A stretch of 33,089 nt of DNA from Propionibacterium sp. GTDB lineage: Bacteria > Actinomycetota > Actinomycetes > Actinomycetales > Actinomycetaceae. Under the pieces are notes generated by a model. That model did not search any database and had not been told where the DNA came from. It saw only the letters and a list, made by a program, of their open reading frames with translations. Position 1 is the first letter of the stretch. Each line of letters opens with the position of its first letter. A program made the position numbers and the translations under genes. Positions 26,808 through 33,089 of the stretch are shown in pieces. The DNA lies in assembly GCA_030460725.1 (NCBI GenBank), contig JAKECL010000001.1:1-33089 (forward strand). Reading direction: 5' to 3'.

Positions 26808-27755
26808 ATGAAGACGGCACGGGTGTGGGCGGTCGTGGTCGCCTGGAACAGAGCGGCCTTGTTGACCGAGTCGCTGGACGCTCTTGCTGCGCAGACGCGC
26901 CCCCTGGACGGGGTCGTGGTGGTCGACAACGCCTCGACCGACGGGACCGCGGAGGTCATCCGCACACATGGCGTGGTGTCCCGGGTCGTGACCATGCCCC
27001 AGAACATGGGCGGGGCCGGAGGCTTTGCTGCAGGGTTGGCGGCGGCCGTGGAGGAGGGGGCCGACCTCGTGTGGATCATGGACGACGACACGGTCGCAAC
27101 TCCCACCGCGTTGGAGGTGCTCATGCAGGCACGCTGCGCCTATCCAGGTACGCCTGCCCTCCTGGCTGCGCGTGCGGACTGGGCCGACGGTCGCGAGCAC
27201 CCGATGAACGCACCGCGTCGCAGACCCTGGTCGTCGTGTTCCCTGCGGGAGCACGCGCGCCGCGTCGGGGCGCGACCTATCCGTACTGCATCCTTCGTGG
27301 CGATCCTCATCGATTCGCGGGCCGTTCGCGAGGACGGGCTGCCTCTTGCGGACTTCTTCCTGTGGAATGACGACTTCGAGTACACGGGACGTCTGCTGCG
27401 ACACCGGGTCGGACTCTACGTCCCGGCTGCCAGGGTCGAGCACAGAACGAAGGTCTTCGGGAACTCGACCGCGGATCCGGGTCCTCGCTTCGTCAACGAG
27501 GTACGGAACAAGATCTGGACGTTCACCCGGACTCACTCATTCGGACTGCTGGACACCTGCACCTTCTCCGGTGCGACGCTGGTGCGTTGGGCGGGGATGC
27601 TCAGACGAGCGCAGGACAGGAGGGGAATGCTCCGACAGCTTGCAGGCGGTGTCGCCCAGGCGTTGCATGCGCCCCGGTCCACTTCCGCGGTGCTGTCGGG
27701 CACACCCGTGGCCGAACAGGTGAAGGCCATCGAGAGGGGCGCGGGACGTGCCTGA
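26808..27755 (+). CDS. glfT1: GT2, GlfT1-like priming galactofuranosyltransferase
   Basis: VWAVVVAWNR...AQTRPLDGVVVVDNASTDGT...NMGGAGGFAAG...ADLVWIMDDD...FFLWNDDFEY; GGAGGA RBS. Confidence 0.7.
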   Translation: MKTARVWAVVVAWNRAALLTESLDALAAQTRPLDGVVVVDNASTDGTAEVIRTHGVVSRVVTMPQNMGGAGGFAAGLAAAVEEGADLVWIMDDDTVATPTALEVLMQARCAYPGTPALLAARADWADGREHPMNAPRRRPWSSCSLREHARRVGARPIRTASFVAILIDSRAVREDGLPLADFFLWNDDFEYTGRLLRHRVGLYVPAARVEHRTKVFGNSTADPGPRFVNEVRNKIWTFTRTHSFGLLDTCTFSGATLVRWAGMLRRAQDRRGMLRQLAGGVAQALHAPRSTSAVLSGTPVAEQVKAIERGAGRA

Positions 27756-28611
27756 GTTCAGTGTGCTCCTTCCGGTCTATCACGGCGACGTGCCCAGCCA
27801 CTTCACCAGGGCATTGCGCTCAGTGGGGGCAGACCAGACCCTTCCTCCCGACCAGATTGTCATCGTCGCAGACGGTCCCGTGCCATCGGGGATAGCAGTG
27901 CTGCTCGATGCGCTCGAGCAGGGCGGTCACCAAGAGCTCACTGGTGGAGTTCAAGTGAACGTGGTGAGACGCGCCCGCAACTCGGGCCTGGGGCCTGCAT
28001 TGAACGACGGCCTCAGGGCGTGTGTGCACGACGTGGTGGCCAGGGCGGATGCTGACGACATCTCCCACCCGCATCGTTTCGAGGTCCAGATTCCCCACAT
28101 CGAATCCGGGAGGGACATCGTCGGGAGCGCCATCGTGGAATTCGAGGAGGACGAGCACCGCACGGGGATGGTGCGCAGGATGCCGCGGACGGACGAGGAG
28201 ATTCGGCGCAGCATCTCCTTCAGGGATCCGTTCAACCATCCGACCGTGGTCTATCGGGTCAGCGGTGTGTGCAGGGCGGGATGGTACGAGGACCTTCCCC
28301 TCATGGAGGACTACTGGCTCTTCGCCCGGATGGTCGCCGACGGTCAGGAAGGCTACAACGACCCCGAACCGCTGGTGTCCTACAGGGTGGGAGCGGGCGC
28401 CTACAGGCGCCGTGGAGGCATGCGGCTGCTTCGCTCAGAGATCTCCCTCCAGCGGCGGATGTACCTGCTCGGAGTCACCGACAAGAGCCAGTACCTGCGG
28501 AACCTGATCGTGCGCGGGGCGTACAGACTCGTGCCCACCGCGCTGAGACGACTGCTCTACACCCAGGTCGGCGGCAGGAAGTGGTTCCGAAGTGCTGGTG
28601 ACGCCACGTGA
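27748..28611 (+). CDS. GT2, AmsE/LsgF/WbbD-like (probable galactosyltransferase)
   Basis: FSVLLPVY, QTLPPDQIVIVADGPV, NSGLGPALNDGL, VARADADDIS.P.RFE.Q, PFNHPTV, MEDYWLFARM, AYRRRGG. Confidence 0.8.
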   Translation: MPEFSVLLPVYHGDVPSHFTRALRSVGADQTLPPDQIVIVADGPVPSGIAVLLDALEQGGHQELTGGVQVNVVRRARNSGLGPALNDGLRACVHDVVARADADDISHPHRFEVQIPHIESGRDIVGSAIVEFEEDEHRTGMVRRMPRTDEEIRRSISFRDPFNHPTVVYRVSGVCRAGWYEDLPLMEDYWLFARMVADGQEGYNDPEPLVSYRVGAGAYRRRGGMRLLRSEISLQRRMYLLGVTDKSQYLRNLIVRGAYRLVPTALRRLLYTQVGGRKWFRSAGDAT

Positions 28612-28692
28612 AGCAGTGCCGTGCCGGTCGCTGGTGCCCTTCGGTGTTCGGGTACGGAGCGGTTTGCGGACTGGGATTCTCCTGTGGTCCCC

Positions 28693-30772
<2,080 letters not shown>

Positions 30773-30773
<1 letters not shown>

Positions 30774-31504
30774 TGGGCACGGCAGTCATCAAGGTGGAGG
30801 ACGTGGTCAAGGAGTTCACGCTCCGCAACGTCCACACGCTCAAGGAACGACTGGTCTGGTCCCTGACCGGTCGGCGGAACGAGTTGTCCACGCAGTTCCG
30901 CGCCTTGGACGGGGTGTCCTTCGAGGTGGAACAGGGTGACTCCATCGGCCTGGTCGGCTTCAATGGCTCCGGCAAGTCGACCATGCTCAAGCTCATCTCG
31001 GGCGTCATGCAGCCAACGTCTGGGGAGGTCCTGGTCAGAGGGCGCATGGCGGGTCTCATCGAGGTCGGTGCGGGCTTCCACCCCGACCTCACCGGCCGCG
31101 AGAACGTGTTCCTCAATGGTGCAATCCTGGGCATGACCAAACAGGAGGTTGAGGAGTCCTTCGATGAGATCGTCCGGTTCTCCGAGATCGAACAGTTCAT
31201 CGACACGGAGGTGAAGTTCTACTCCTCGGGCATGTTCCTGCGGCTGGCCTTCTCAGTCGCCGTACACACCCGCCCCGAGGTGTTCCTGATTGACGAAATC
31301 CTCGCCGTGGGCGACGAGCCCTTCCAGCGCAAGTGTCTGGCGCGCATCCAGGAGATGCAGGAGAGCGGGTGCTCACTGGTCATCGTCAGCCACGACCTCG
31401 ACATGATCAAGCGCCTGTGCAACAGAGGGATACTGCTGGAGCACGGGCGGCTGCAGGTTGACGGGACTGCGACCCAGGCGGTGGACAGGTTGCGCTCCGC
31501 ATGA
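30773..31504 (+). CDS. wzt: Polysaccharide export ATP-binding protein with no C-terminal carbohydrate-binding domain
   Basis: GFNGSGKST, GAGFHPDLTGREN, YSSGMFLRLAFS, IDEILAVGDEPFQRKC, VSHD; TGATG overlap; 243 aa. Confidence 0.94.
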
Positions 31505-31600
31505 GGATGCGTCGCGGTGGCTCAGACCCACGCAGCCGTTTGCTTTCGTGCACGCCCGCTCGGCGCGGCCCCGTCGTGTCTCGACGAGAGATTGCATGAC

Positions 31601-32926
31601 ATGGACACACAGACGGGGTCTTCAGGAACGGGACTGACCAAGGGCTCGACCGTGGGCATCCTGGCATCGACGGTGGTTGCGGCGGTGTCGACGCTCGCTA
31701 TCACGATGGTTGCCTACCGAGGTCTCTCCCAGGACGGGGACGCGACCAAGTACGCCGACTTCATGGTCTTCTGGGCGTTGCTCTTTGGTGTCTATGGTGT
31801 CGTGGTCGGTGTGCAGAACGAGGCGACCAGAGCAGTGGGGACTTGTGCACGTCAGGTGGAGGAAGGACGCAGGGTCCGTCCCGGGCCACGCGTGGTCTGG
31901 GCGGCGCTGCTGCTGGCTTCAGCCACCGCAGGCGTACTCGTTGTCGCCTCTCCATGGTGGGGACCGCGACTGGTCCCGGCCTCAATGCCGGGCGTGGTGC
32001 CAGCTGTCGCCGTGGGAGTCATACTCTACGCCGTCTATGAGTTCGTCCTGGGCTCGGCATCAGGGATGAGGCAGTGGAGTGTGTACTCGTTGATGGTGAG
32101 CGGAGACGGAGTCATCCGTCTGCTTCTCGTTGCGTCGGTCGCATTCATGGGTCTGGGGCTCCTGGCATTCGAGGTGGCCTGCGTCGTCGCCACCTTCTTC
32201 TGTCTCGTCTTGGCTGTGCTCTTCCCGCGAGGGCGAAGGGTACTGGTGGCACGTGGCGACGTCGGGTGGATCCGTCTGCTGCGCAACAATCTCCTGTCGT
32301 GTGTCTCATCGGCGTCGACGGCGATTCTGATCACGGCATTTCCGGCGATCATCAAGCTGACGGCAGGAGCCGAGTCTGCGGCGGTCCTGGGAGGGACGAT
32401 CACGGCGATATCGCTCACACGCTCACCGATCCTCATGCCGCTTCAGGCATTCCAGGGAGTGGCCATCACGGCATTTCTGCGGGAGCAGGGCAATGTGTTC
32501 CGGTTGCTGCTCAAGCCGGTGATGCTGCTCTGCGTGATCGGAGTCCCCGCCTCCGCCCTCGCGGGGCTCGTGGGTCCTTGGGCAATGGGGCTGCTCTACG
32601 GATCGGCGATCACCGCCGGACCGTGGACCTTCGTGGGGCTGACTCTGGCGGCGATACCGCTGGCCGTGGTCACTCTGACGGGTACTGCTGCAGTCGCTTG
32701 CAACGCTCACGTCTGGTTCAGCGCAGGATGGTTCACGGCAGCAGTCGTGGCGTCTGCTCTCCTCTTCCTCCCGGTCGGCCTGCCTACACGCGTGTGTGTG
32801 GGGTTGTTCACGGGGCCGCTTGTCGGCATGTTGATACACCTGGAGGGAATCCGCCGGACACGAGACGCAGCCATCATGCGTGCGACGGCTGTCGTGCTGG
32901 GTCAGAGGGGCGAACTCAGACCGTGA
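31601..32926 (+). CDS. Polytopic MOP/Wzx-like membrane protein, Rv3630/Rv1510-like (candidate flippase)
   Basis: About 12 TMs; FMVFWALLFG...VQNEATRAV and SLTRSPILMPLQAFQG resemble the Rv3630/Rv1510 motifs as I recall them. Start 31601 or 31517. Confidence 0.7.
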   Translation: MDTQTGSSGTGLTKGSTVGILASTVVAAVSTLAITMVAYRGLSQDGDATKYADFMVFWALLFGVYGVVVGVQNEATRAVGTCARQVEEGRRVRPGPRVVWAALLLASATAGVLVVASPWWGPRLVPASMPGVVPAVAVGVILYAVYEFVLGSASGMRQWSVYSLMVSGDGVIRLLLVASVAFMGLGLLAFEVACVVATFFCLVLAVLFPRGRRVLVARGDVGWIRLLRNNLLSCVSSASTAILITAFPAIIKLTAGAESAAVLGGTITAISLTRSPILMPLQAFQGVAITAFLREQGNVFRLLLKPVMLLCVIGVPASALAGLVGPWAMGLLYGSAITAGPWTFVGLTLAAIPLAVVTLTGTAAVACNAHVWFSAGWFTAAVVASALLFLPVGLPTRVCVGLFTGPLVGMLIHLEGIRRTRDAAIMRATAVVLGQRGELRP

Positions 32927-32931
32927 AGGGC

Positions 32932-32951
32932 AGACAGAGAGCATTCTGTCT
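32932..32951 (+). terminator. Stem-loop just after the last gene
   Basis: AGACAGA-gagcat-TCTGTCT, a perfect 7-bp stem 5 nt after the stop codon. Confidence 0.35.
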
Positions 32952-33089
32952 CGAGGGGTGTCGCGCAGAGAGACTCCCCGGCTGGGCAGAATGTGGGTCG
33001 AGGAGGCAGAGGGGTGTCGGCCCGGTGAACGTCAAGATATGCGTGGATGTGGGAGCCGGGCATCGATGTCACGCCCCGCAGTCTCGGGG

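Overview
This is a high-GC actinobacterial-type cell-envelope glycan locus (probably Actinomycetaceae-like; taxonomy is my inference), almost fully coding, with 27 genes in four modules. (1) 1-2370, minus strand: a polyprenyl-phosphate HexNAc synthase-like GT2, its DUF2304 partner (PpgS/Rv3632 or GacI/GacJ type), and an LCP glycan ligase that runs off the left edge and is missing from the ORF track. (2) 2459-18552: a complete WbpA/B/E/D/I-like pathway for a UDP-2,3-diacetamido-2,3-dideoxy-hexuronic acid, seven glycosyltransferases and a PglK-like ABC flippase, with no Wzy or initiating transferase visible. (3) 18880-22659: a phosphorylcholine operon (licC-licA fusion, licB, licD). (4) 22728-32926: a mycobacterial-galactan-like cassette (glfT2-like, Rv3779-like GT-C, glfT1-like, AmsE-like GT2, glf, wzm, wzt, Rv3630/Rv1510-like membrane protein). 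The most interesting signal is that look-alikes of the whole M. tuberculosis galactan and galactosaminylation machinery sit beside a ChoP operon with no arabinan or rhamnose genes. Next to them is a second, oligosaccharide-style diacetamido-uronic acid pathway whose only visible ligase is an LCP. I found no RNA genes, CRISPR arrays or mobile elements. All family assignments come from motif recognition by eye, not from database searches.
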